DNA from: an uncultured Pseudomonadota bacterium
GTDB taxonomy: Bacteria; Pseudomonadota; Gammaproteobacteria; Steroidobacterales; Steroidobacteraceae
Reading direction: 5' to 3'
NCBI GenBank assembly: GCA_963814675.1
Contig: CAWFDT010000015.1
Location: 321,950 to 385,949 of the forward strand
Length of the DNA stretch: 64,000 nucleotides
Shown one piece after another: positions 1 to 8,698 of this stretch; the stretch's first letter is position 1; each line of letters starts with the position of its first letter. The notes beneath the pieces are model-generated. The model saw only the letters and a program-made list of their open reading frames with translations. It did not search any database and was not told where the DNA came from. A program made the position numbers and the translations under genes.

Positions 1-478
1 GCTGCTGTTCGCAGCCCGTCACGAAGTCATCGTCACGACCCCGTACTACGTCCCCAACGAGTCACTGCACAGTGCGCTGTGCACGACTGCCTACCGCGGG
101 GTCGAAACGACGATCGTCCTCCCGGCCCGCAACGACTCGTGGATCGTCGGGGCAGCCAGTCGCAGCTACTATGCGGACCTGCTCGGGGCCGGGGTCAGGA
201 TCCATGAGTACCAGGGCGGCCTGCTGCACGCTAAATCGCTGACCTTGGATGGCGAGGTGACTTTGATCGGCTCAGCGAACATGGACCGGCGCAGCTTCGA
301 CCTCAATTACGAGAACAACATCCTGTTCTACGACCCTGCACTGACCGACACCGTACGCACGCGCCAGTACGATTACATTGCGCGCTCGCATCCGGTCACG
401 AAGCAGGCGGTGGCGGCGTGGCCGAGATCACGACGGCTCTGGAACAACCTCATCGCAACGCTTGGACCCCTGCTCTGA
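1..478 (+). CDS. cls: cardiolipin synthase (phospholipase D family), C-terminal part; 5' end outside the window
   Basis: Frame 2 is open from the window edge (LLFAARHEVIVTTPYYVPNE...). It contains a PLD HKD motif, HAKSLTLDGEVTLIGSANMDRRS. Stop at 476-478. Confidence 0.85.
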   Translation, partial: LLFAARHEVIVTTPYYVPNESLHSALCTTAYRGVETTIVLPARNDSWIVGAASRSYYADLLGAGVRIHEYQGGLLHAKSLTLDGEVTLIGSANMDRRSFDLNYENNILFYDPALTDTVRTRQYDYIARSHPVTKQAVAAWPRSRRLWNNLIATLGPLL

Positions 479-3101
479 CGGCGCCCGGTGTCGGTGGCGC
501 GGAGGATCCCCGCGCGGCCATCCAGCGATCGATGTCCGGAAGTACGCTCTGCGCGATACGCTCATTGGTGCGAATGTCCGCGACCGCGCCGAGGAAGGGT
601 TTGCGAGCCTCGGGCGGAACGCTGTGCGCTTCATAGGCCTCCAGATCCGCGATGCGCTGGGGCGTGGAAGAATAGGCGGCAATGCTGGCGGCCAGTTCCC
701 AACGCTGCGATTTTGAGTACGGCAGTTTCGGGTCATCGAGCTGCGGAGCGAGCACTTCCCAGACCATGTCGGGGTGCTCGCGCGCCAGCGCGTCGATGAG
801 GCCCGGACTGGTGCCGGCCGGCACTTGATCCCCGAGCGCGATGTCGAGCATGCGCCGCGCCAGGGCGGGATCGGCCACGCCGGCGAGCGCTCGAAACAGA
901 TGGAGTTTCTCCAGCGGGTCACCGATTTTTTGGGCACGCGCGAGCACTGCGTCGAACGTCGGGGCGTCGGCTTGCGCGGCGACAATGTTCATGGCGGCGC
1001 GCAGCTCGGCGGTGGTGCCGTCGCCGGAGTCGAGGCGCCTGCGGGCCGCCGCGATCACCGCCGCATCCCCGAAGCGCGCCTGGGCCTGCTGCAGCTGACT
1101 GCGCAGGATCTCAGTGTTGGCGGGCTCTTGTTCGGCAGTGTGAGAGCCGAGCCGCACCGCCAAAGGCCTGAGAACCCCGAGCGCGAACTGACGAAACGCG
1201 GCACGTTGCGGCGTGCTGGCGTAGTGCCGGTCCAGATCAGTGAATACGTCCAGTACGCGGCCCCAGACGACGGGATTGGCCTGGGCCGGGAGCTGCGCCG
1301 CGAGCCGCACCACGTTGCTCGCGGGGAAATAACCTGCCACCCCGAGCGCCCATGCATCATTGAAGATACCCAGCTGGTCTGCGGCGGGGAGTGCGCTCAG
1401 GTGCTGCGTCAGGGCGTCGAAGCTCTCGGCGTCGTAAAGCACGCGTGCGTAGCCCAACTGTCCCGCGTTGACGAGCAGCGGCGGGGGCTTCGGGATCTCT
1501 GCCGTCCCCCGCAACAGCAGGTACGGTTTGGAACCCTCGATCGGTCCCGCCGCAAGGGGCAGCCGCCAGTGCTGCGGCGCCAACTGGCTGATCGTGGAGC
1601 GGTCATCGGCGAAGCGCGCCTGCGCCAGGTTCACGCCGCTCGCCGTGGGGGTCACGCGCACCAGTGGTAACCCCGCCTGGCGCGTGAAGTCTCGCTCGAT
1701 CTCGATGATGGGGCGGCCGGCGGCTTGCTGTATCGGAAGCCACAGATCCGTGTCGACTGTGTTACCAAAGGCATGCGTGCGCATGTAGCGACGCACGCCG
1801 TCACGAAACTTCTCCCGGCCGGCATAGGCGTTGATCATGGTGATGATTGCCGCGCCCTTGTCGTAAGTAATAGCGTCAAATGACTCCTGCGCCTGATCGG
1901 CGGTGTCCACTTCCTGGACTACCGGATGCGTGGAAGGAACAGAGTCCGCCTGCTTACCGGCCTCGAAGATCGCAGCCGCCTGCAGGCCCGTATCCCACTC
2001 AGGATGCAGATCGTCGGCCGCGTACGTTTGCATCCATCTCGCGAAGCCCTCGTTCAACCACAGGTTGTCCCACCATGCCATCGTCACCAGGTCACCGAAC
2101 CACTGATGCGCCATCTCGTGGGCGACCACCTCGAAAACGACCTGGCGATCGTATTCGGTGGAGATCTGTGGGTCGAACAGCAGGTGATTCTGCGAGTAAA
2201 ATATCGCGCCCCAGTTCTCCATCGAGCCGCCTTCGATCTGACCCGGGGCGGCGATCAGATCCAGTTTCGGCAGCGGGTACGGCACGCCGAAATATTCGTT
2301 GTAGTAGTGCATAAGTTTGCCGGCCTGTTCGAGCGCATACGCGGCCTTGGCGGTGTCCCCCCGCTTGACCACGACGCCCACGTCCACACCGTCCACGCGC
2401 TGTTGGATACGTTCAAAGTCTCCAACGCCGACAAACAGCAGGTACGTCGACATCTTGGGACTTTGCTGGAAGCGCACGCGCTGTAGCGAGGAGGACAGCG
2501 GCGTCACCTCTGCGATGGGCATGTTCGAGAGCGCCATGCGGTCTTTGGGGGCGTCGACGGAAACGGTAAAGGTGGCCTTGCGACCCGGCTCGTCCCAGCA
2601 GGGCAGCAAATCGCGAGCGTCTGCCGGTTCGAAGTTGGTGGCGAGTGTTCGACGCGGCCCGTCGGGTGCACGGTAGTCCATCGCGAAGAAACCCAGCGTC
2701 GATCGTCCGATGCTACCGTGATAATCGATCGATAGAGTGTGTTGCCCGCTGGGGATCACCTTGCCGAAGTCTAAAGTGGCACGACCGAGTTTCTCATCGA
2801 GAGCCACCTTGGCATCCGAAGTCCCGTCCAGCGTGCTGCGCTCGAAGGTCAGCCCCGCGGCGTTCAGCGTGATGCTGCGGGTGGGTGAAACGACCCGGAT
2901 GGTGATCGATACCTTGCCGCTGAAGGTAAGAGCGTCGGCATCGGGGGCCAGCGCGAGGTCGTAATGCACCGGCACGACGTCGCTCGGCAGGATTTGGCGC
3001 CGCGGGTCGTGGGGCGGGCCGGCCGCAGCCGGCCAGGCGGCGCCAGTGATGCAGAGGCCGCAGACGACGCCGATAACCCGAATCAACGGCAAACCCACCA
3101 T
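450..3101 (-). CDS. secreted M1-family zinc aminopeptidase (aminopeptidase N-like)
   Basis: 896-aa ORF with GAMEN-like GSMENWG and HEMAHQWFGD...WLNEGFA (HEXXH-18-E). ATG at 3101 gives the signal-like N-terminus MVGLPLIRVIGVVCGLCITGAAWPAAA. The GTG at 3140 is the ORF-track start. Confidence 0.9.
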   Translation of the reverse strand: MVGLPLIRVIGVVCGLCITGAAWPAAAGPPHDPRRQILPSDVVPVHYDLALAPDADALTFSGKVSITIRVVSPTRSITLNAAGLTFERSTLDGTSDAKVALDEKLGRATLDFGKVIPSGQHTLSIDYHGSIGRSTLGFFAMDYRAPDGPRRTLATNFEPADARDLLPCWDEPGRKATFTVSVDAPKDRMALSNMPIAEVTPLSSSLQRVRFQQSPKMSTYLLFVGVGDFERIQQRVDGVDVGVVVKRGDTAKAAYALEQAGKLMHYYNEYFGVPYPLPKLDLIAAPGQIEGGSMENWGAIFYSQNHLLFDPQISTEYDRQVVFEVVAHEMAHQWFGDLVTMAWWDNLWLNEGFARWMQTYAADDLHPEWDTGLQAAAIFEAGKQADSVPSTHPVVQEVDTADQAQESFDAITYDKGAAIITMINAYAGREKFRDGVRRYMRTHAFGNTVDTDLWLPIQQAAGRPIIEIERDFTRQAGLPLVRVTPTASGVNLAQARFADDRSTISQLAPQHWRLPLAAGPIEGSKPYLLLRGTAEIPKPPPLLVNAGQLGYARVLYDAESFDALTQHLSALPAADQLGIFNDAWALGVAGYFPASNVVRLAAQLPAQANPVVWGRVLDVFTDLDRHYASTPQRAAFRQFALGVLRPLAVRLGSHTAEQEPANTEILRSQLQQAQARFGDAAVIAAARRRLDSGDGTTAELRAAMNIVAAQADAPTFDAVLARAQKIGDPLEKLHLFRALAGVADPALARRMLDIALGDQVPAGTSPGLIDALAREHPDMVWEVLAPQLDDPKLPYSKSQRWELAASIAAYSSTPQRIADLEAYEAHSVPPEARKPFLGAVADIRTNERIAQSVLPDIDRWMAARGSSAPPTPGAVRAGVQALR

Positions 3102-3500
3102 GATGGAACCCTTGTGAATGCGACGGCCAGACCGGAACACGCCTGTCTTAGGCGCTGCATAGGAGCAGAGTCGTTAGGCGCGTGCAACCACGCGCCACTG
3201 TGGCGTCTGCGGTCTGCGGCGGCGGGCAGGGTACTTGCCTGGATCTGCGTAGGCCCCCGAGCCAGTCGCAGTTAACGCGGGCCAGGAGCGGTCACACCCG
3301 GCGCGCCTCGGGCCGCCGTCAAGCTCAAAACGCAGGTAGAAGCCGCAGTGGCGAACGCCGCTGGATTTGTAATAAACGTAGCCCAGAGCTGATATTTGGC
3401 ATACGAGTTGAGATTGTTGATGATTGGCACAACCTTGGAACGCGCGTTCGTGGGCTCGTCACGAAACGCTGATCTCTATCCTGGCTAGGGAGTTTGCAGC

Positions 3501-4193
3501 ATGGGAACCATGATCCCATTTAAGCGTCCGGACGGCGGGGCCGTGCAGGGCTACTTGGCCGAACCACTACAGGCGGCGGGTGCTCCCGGAATTGTCGTCA
3601 TTCAGGAATGGTGGGGAGTCAACGGACAAATCCGCGGCGTCGCGGACCGATTGGCCAGCGCGGGTTACGTCGCCCTCGTGCCCGACCTTTTCCGCGGCAA
3701 GTCCACCGTGGAGGCGGAAGAGGCGCACCACCTCATGACGGCTCTGAACTTCGGCGATGCGGCCGCGCAGGACGTGCGCGGCGCAGTGCAATTCCTGAAA
3801 CCACGCTGCGGTAAGGTGGGCGTAACCGGCTTTTGCATGGGAGGCGCATTGACGCTTCTGGCCGCTTGCAACATTCCTGAGATCGACGCTGCCGTGGTCT
3901 GGTACGGCTGCCCGCCGCTGGAATACATTGACGCAACCAAGATCAAGGTGCCGCTGCAGGGACATTGGGCTACCCAGGACAAGTTCTTCCCCACCGCCAC
4001 CGTGGATTCGCTGGAGAAGAAGCTGCACGAAGCCGCGGTGACTTTTGACTTCCACTGCTACCTGGCCGCCCATGCGTTCGCCAACGAGACGGCCGTCGGC
4101 CCGGGACGTATCCCGGCCACCCAGTACGACCCCGTCTGGTCGCAGCACGCATGGGACCGCACCTTCCGGTTCTTTGGCCGCTGGCTCGGCTAA
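3501..4193 (+). CDS. dienelactone hydrolase family protein
   Basis: 230 aa with GIVVIQEWWGVN and the nucleophile elbow GVTGFCMGG. AGGGAG lies 8 nt upstream of the ATG. Confidence 0.85.
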   Translation: MGTMIPFKRPDGGAVQGYLAEPLQAAGAPGIVVIQEWWGVNGQIRGVADRLASAGYVALVPDLFRGKSTVEAEEAHHLMTALNFGDAAAQDVRGAVQFLKPRCGKVGVTGFCMGGALTLLAACNIPEIDAAVVWYGCPPLEYIDATKIKVPLQGHWATQDKFFPTATVDSLEKKLHEAAVTFDFHCYLAAHAFANETAVGPGRIPATQYDPVWSQHAWDRTFRFFGRWLG

Positions 4194-4222
4194 CGACGCA
4201 ACCCACGGGAATCTCGAAAGCG

Positions 4223-4861
4223 TCAGGTCTTCGCGGCCGCGGCTCCTTTGAAGCCCTTCGCTACCACATACACCTCCCGAGATCTGGGCCGCGACGCGGC
4301 CGGCTTGCGAATGGCCAGTTTCTGGAAGGAAGCGCGCAGCTCCTTCAGATAAGCGTCCGAGCCTGCGCCCTGAAATACCTTGGCCACGAAATCGCCTTTG
4401 GGTTTGAGCACCTGCCGGGCCATGTCGAGTGCGAGTTCGACCAGATAAATGGAAGACGCCTGGTCGGCAACGTCGACGCCTGAGATATTCGGGGCGATGT
4501 CGCAGAGGATGAGATCGGGCTTCCTGCTCTCGAGGCGCGCGAGAATCTGGTTAAGCACGGCCTCTTCCCTGAAGTCACCCAGAATGAAATCGACGTTTTT
4601 CACCGGTTCCATCGGCAGGATATCGGTGGCGACAACCTTGCCGTTGGCGCCGACGAGCTTTCCGGCGACTTGCGACCAGCCGCCAGGGGCAGAGCCCAGG
4701 TCCACGATCAGCATGCCCGGGCGAATCAGCTTGTCCTTCTCATTCAACTGAATCAGTTTGTAGCTGGCGCGCGAGCGGTAACCATCCTGCCGCGCCTGTT
4801 TGACGTAGGGGTCGTTGACGTGCTCTTGCAGCCAGCTGCCGCTGCTCTTGGATCGTGCCAT
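4223..4861 (-). CDS. rlmE: 23S rRNA (uridine2552-2'-O)-methyltransferase RlmE/FtsJ
   Basis: 212 aa. N-terminus SSGSWLQEHVNDPYVKQARQDGYRSRASYKL, SAM motif VDLGSAPGGWSQV and DLILCDIAPNISG. Confidence 0.92.
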   Translation of the reverse strand: MARSKSSGSWLQEHVNDPYVKQARQDGYRSRASYKLIQLNEKDKLIRPGMLIVDLGSAPGGWSQVAGKLVGANGKVVATDILPMEPVKNVDFILGDFREEAVLNQILARLESRKPDLILCDIAPNISGVDVADQASSIYLVELALDMARQVLKPKGDFVAKVFQGAGSDAYLKELRASFQKLAIRKPAASRPRSREVYVVAKGFKGAAAAKT

Positions 4862-4966
4862 TGAAATCCCGGAAGGGTGGATCGGACCGGAGGGCGAACC
4901 CGTAGCGGCACTATAATCTGCACCGTACTATAACTTCTCCTCCTTTGCCGGGAGTCACCGGCCAGG

Positions 4967-6613
4967 ATGACCCTCGTGATCCGCATCACCGATTTGTCGC
5001 TGCCGCTCGATTCCGACACGCACGCCCTGCGTCGCGCAATCCTCAGACGCCTAAAATTAAGCGACGCGGATCTGCTGGATTTCACCGTCTTTAAGCGCAG
5101 CTACGATGCGCGTAAAAAGAACAGCAGCATCGTTTTTGTATACATCATCGATCTGGTGGCGCGCGACGAAGCAACGATTCTGCACCGCCTGGCCGGCGAC
5201 CCCAATGTGCGCCGGGCGCCCGACACCAACTATCATCCCGTGGCACGTGCGCCGACGAATCTGAGCGAGCGGCCCGTGATCGTGGGATTCGGGCCGTGCG
5301 GATTATTTGCGGCGTTATTGTTGGCGCAAATGGGATTCAACCCCATCGTGCTGGAGCGTGGTCGGGAGGTGCGCCGCCGCACCGCGGATACCTGGGCTCT
5401 GTGGCGCGGAAAAACGCTGACGCCGGAATCGAACGTGCAGTTTGGCGAAGGCGGCGCTGGGCTGTTTTCGGATGGGAAACTCTACAGCCAGATCAAGGAC
5501 CCTCATTTCTACGGCCGCAAAGTAATACACGAGTTTGTTCGCGCCGGGGCTCCGGAAGAAATTACGTACGTCAGCAAACCGCACATCGGCACCTTCCGGC
5601 TCACCGGGGTCGTCGCTAAAATACGCAACGAAATCATCGCCCTCGGCGGCGAAGTGCGATTCGAAAGCCGAGTAGACGACCTGCTGCTCGACGAGGGCCG
5701 CCTTGAGGGCGTGGTGCTCGCGGGTGGCGAGGCGATTCGCAGCCGGCACGTGGTGCTGGCGCCCGGTCACAGCGCCCGCGATACCTTTCGCATGCTTCAT
5801 CGCCGCGGCGTGTTCATCGAGTCGAAGCCCTTTTCCGTCGGGTTCCGTATCGAGCACCCGCAGTCGCTGATCGACCGGGCACGCCTGGGAAAATATGCCG
5901 GGCATCCGCAGCTGGGTGCCGCCGACTACAAGCTGGTGCATCACGCCAAAAACGGCCGCGCTGTCTACAGCTTCTGCATGTGCCCCGGCGGCACCGTTGT
6001 CGCCGCCACCTCCGAGCCGATGCGCGTGGTCACTAACGGCATGAGTCAGTACTCGCGCAAGGAGCGCAATGCGAATGCCGGCATCGTCGTAGGGATCAGC
6101 CCGCAAGAGGACTTTCCAGGCGGCCCGCTGGCAGGCATGGAATTGCAGGAGGGGCTCGAGTCGCGCGCCTACGGATTGGGCGGGGGTGATTATTGCGCGC
6201 CGAGCCAGTTGGTGGGCGATTTCGTGCGTGGCGTGCCGTCCAGCGAGTTCGGCGAGGTCGAGCCATCGTACAAACCTGGGGTCCGTCTGGGCGATCTGAC
6301 GACTTCGTTGCCGGACTACGCGATCGAGGCGATTCGCGAAGCGCTGCCCGCGTTCGGCAGACAGATTCGTGGATTCGATCGCCACGACGCGGTACTGACG
6401 GGCATCGAAACCCGCACTTCCTCGCCGGTGCGTGTGACGCGCAACCATGAGACATTGCAAAGCCTCAACGCGCGCGGTTTGTATCCCGCCGGCGAAGGTG
6501 CCGGATATGCGGGCGGCATTCTGTCGGCGGCAGTCGATGGGATCAGAGTTGCCGAAGCGGTAGCAAAATCCATGCTGACCGGTCCAACGTACAGCGGCGT
6601 GACGGATCAATGA
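4967..6613 (+). CDS. FAD-dependent protein (COG2509-type NAD(FAD)-utilising dehydrogenase)
   Basis: 548 aa. Rossmann motif VIVGFGPCGLFAALLL, then FGEGGAGLFSDGKL and a C-terminal YPAGEGAGYAGGI. Confidence 0.8.
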   Translation: MTLVIRITDLSLPLDSDTHALRRAILRRLKLSDADLLDFTVFKRSYDARKKNSSIVFVYIIDLVARDEATILHRLAGDPNVRRAPDTNYHPVARAPTNLSERPVIVGFGPCGLFAALLLAQMGFNPIVLERGREVRRRTADTWALWRGKTLTPESNVQFGEGGAGLFSDGKLYSQIKDPHFYGRKVIHEFVRAGAPEEITYVSKPHIGTFRLTGVVAKIRNEIIALGGEVRFESRVDDLLLDEGRLEGVVLAGGEAIRSRHVVLAPGHSARDTFRMLHRRGVFIESKPFSVGFRIEHPQSLIDRARLGKYAGHPQLGAADYKLVHHAKNGRAVYSFCMCPGGTVVAATSEPMRVVTNGMSQYSRKERNANAGIVVGISPQEDFPGGPLAGMELQEGLESRAYGLGGGDYCAPSQLVGDFVRGVPSSEFGEVEPSYKPGVRLGDLTTSLPDYAIEAIREALPAFGRQIRGFDRHDAVLTGIETRTSSPVRVTRNHETLQSLNARGLYPAGEGAGYAGGILSAAVDGIRVAEAVAKSMLTGPTYSGVTDQ

Positions 6614-7329
6614 AGCTCGAGGACCTCAAGAAGCTGCATCAGAAGAGATACCGGGAGGAGTTCGGATATTTTTTGGTTGAAGGCGAACATCTCGTACTGG
6701 AGCTGCAAAAGGCGGCCCTTCGGAATCCTCAGTTACAGGGCTGTGAGCTGTATGTGACCCGTGGCCGGGAACAGTGGCGCAGTCAATTTGCAACTCACGT
6801 GATCAGCGAAGCCCAGATGGCGCGGATTGCAGACACCAAGACGCCGCAGGGAATAGTCGCGCTGGTGCCGCTGTTGCGGTCAGCGCCTCCAGACGCCGAC
6901 GAGCGCACAGTTTACCTGCACGAAATTCAGGACCCGGGAAATCTTGGGACGATTCTGCGCACGCTGGCGTGGTTCGGAAGACTCCGCTGCCTGCTCAGCC
7001 CGGGCAGCGTCGATCCGTACAACGCAAAAGTCGTGCGCGCCAGCATGGGTGCGATTTTTCATGTACCCATCGAACAGGATGTGGCATTGCTTTCCCTGCA
7101 CGAGCGTTTCGAACGCATCGCCTGTCTTGATATGAAGGGCGAGATGGTATCGTCCCCAGGGTTCAAGACGTTCAACTGCTACCTGTTCGGCAACGAAGCA
7201 CGCGGGCTGCCCCACGAGCAACTGGTTGCGCTCAGCGCAGAGTCCTTTACCCTCGCCGGTTGCGGCACCATCGAATCGCTGAATCTGGCATCGGCCGTCA
7301 ACATGTGTGTGTATGAACTGAACCGGTAA
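6610..7329 (+). CDS. TrmH/SpoU-family RNA 2'-O-methyltransferase
   Basis: 239 aa with SpoU motifs IQDPGNLGTILRTLAWFG, LFGNEARGL and IESLNLASAVNMCVYE. Its ATG overlaps the upstream stop (ATGA). Confidence 0.85.
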   Translation: MKLEDLKKLHQKRYREEFGYFLVEGEHLVLELQKAALRNPQLQGCELYVTRGREQWRSQFATHVISEAQMARIADTKTPQGIVALVPLLRSAPPDADERTVYLHEIQDPGNLGTILRTLAWFGRLRCLLSPGSVDPYNAKVVRASMGAIFHVPIEQDVALLSLHERFERIACLDMKGEMVSSPGFKTFNCYLFGNEARGLPHEQLVALSAESFTLAGCGTIESLNLASAVNMCVYELNR

Positions 7330-7798
7330 CGACTTAGCCGGCTGCTGAAAAAATGCGGGCAATGGATCACGGCTTTTTCGGCAATCCAGACCTACCTGAG
7401 TCGCGCGAGCGAATTGCGTCATCGCGAGCTTCTGCGAAAAGCGTCTCGGTACGACGCGAACGCACTGATTAACGCTCAACCAGAGCCAGTCTCAGCTGCC
7501 CGACCTCGTGTAGTCAGGCGAGCTTGCGCGATACGGCATCGGGTCGTGGCAAACGTGAGGTTCGTCTATGGGCCCTTCATAAGACCCAAAGAGTCCATAG
7601 GCGCCTGATAGCAGGCCGCATCGGTAATACGCAGCCGCAACGCTGAGGCCAACAGCGCCGCGACCCCATGTCCCTTTCAGGAGAATCGCTTCTCTTGCGA
7701 TAGACACGAGTGTGCGCGACTATAGTCGAGCACTATATGCCCGCCTGCCGCTCAAGTGACGCAGCGCGCGCATACCAGCAAGAGGGAGTTGACCCGGG

Positions 7799-8440
7799 AT
7801 GACGCGCAAGAGCACGACGCTGGGAGGCCTGATCCGGGCCTTGCGAGGCCAGAAGAACTGGACCCTCCGGCAGATGAGCGAGAAGGTGGGCATTCCACTG
7901 TCGACGCTCGCGAAGGTCGAGCAGGACAAACTCTCGCTGAGCTACGACAAGCTGCAGCAATTCACCTCGCGGCTGGGACTGACGATGGCCGAGTTCCTGG
8001 CGCAGGCCGATCCGCCAGCGGCGGATGCACCGCGGGTCGTGACCGCTCGCCGCAGCCTCACGCGGGATAACAACTCGATCCAAATCTCGACGCCCAACTA
8101 CGACTACGAGTACCTGTGCGCAGACCTGCGCGAGAAGCGCATGGTCCCCATCCTTACGCGCATCAGGGCGCACGACATCGCGGAGTTTGGTGAGCCGGTG
8201 CGCCACCAGGGCGAGGAATTTGTGTTCGTGCTCGAGGGGACTGTCGAGGTGCACCTGCAGTTCTACACCTCGGTCGTGCTGAAGGCAGGCCAGGGTATCT
8301 ACCTCGACAGCACCATGGGACACGCTTACGTCGCCAAGGACTGCGAGAGCGCCTTGGTGTTGGGCGTGTGTTCGGGCGAGGACCGAAACCTTGCCGGCGA
8401 ATTGATCAGCCTCGCCGAGAAGGCGGAGAAAGTCGCCTAG
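7799..8440 (+). CDS. XRE-family HTH transcriptional regulator with C-terminal cupin domain
   Basis: 213 aa. N-terminal HTH LIRALRGQKNWTLRQMSEKVGIPLSTLAKVEQDK and a C-terminal cupin-like GEEFVFVLEGTVEVH. AGAGGGAG precedes the ATG. Confidence 0.85.
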   Translation: MTRKSTTLGGLIRALRGQKNWTLRQMSEKVGIPLSTLAKVEQDKLSLSYDKLQQFTSRLGLTMAEFLAQADPPAADAPRVVTARRSLTRDNNSIQISTPNYDYEYLCADLREKRMVPILTRIRAHDIAEFGEPVRHQGEEFVFVLEGTVEVHLQFYTSVVLKAGQGIYLDSTMGHAYVAKDCESALVLGVCSGEDRNLAGELISLAEKAEKVA

Positions 8441-8571
8441 GCAGCAGCGGCCCGCTGTTGCCGGGCTGATCCCTCGCTCGCCGCGCGGGCTCGCCCCGCG
8501 CGGACACCCCGGCGCCCTACTGTGCCCTACCCCTGGTCAGAAAACCGGCGATGAGCCGGATCAGAAACAAA

Positions 8572-8625
8572 TTGACACAAAATTCTCTGTACAGGATCAT
8601 TGTCTTGTATTAGACAAATTGTGTC
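8572..8625 (+). promoter_or_regulatory. candidate promoter plus operator upstream of the TonB-dependent receptor gene
   Basis: AT-rich patch in a GC-rich genome. TTGACA at 8572-8577, a 17-nt spacer, then GATCAT. Nested inverted repeats GACACAAAATT / AAATTGTGTC and TTGTCT / AGACAA. Confidence 0.35.
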
Positions 8626-8698
8626 TCATAACCCTGGCGCCCCGTAGATCGAGGCGCCGGGTGTCCGGCGTAGAAACAGTGGTTTGGGGGCAAAATCC

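Noticed and set aside
3424-3439. Sigma-54-like TGGCAC-N5-TTGGA upstream of the dienelactone hydrolase gene
   Set aside because: The -12 element has GG instead of the near-invariant GC, and no enhancer-binding-protein gene is nearby.
5315-6610. 431-aa ORF on the minus strand
   Set aside because: It is entirely antisense to the well-supported FAD-dependent gene 4967-6613. The composition is Arg/Ala/Gly-rich with no recognisable motif. This is a typical high-GC shadow ORF.
7492-7707. 71-aa ORF with a glycine-zipper-like segment (GAVGLSVAAAYYRCGLLSGAYGLFG)
   Set aside because: It has a GTG start without an SD. Third-position GC is clearly lower than in neighbouring genes, and I see no family signature. 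I left it unannotated, though a small membrane protein cannot be excluded.
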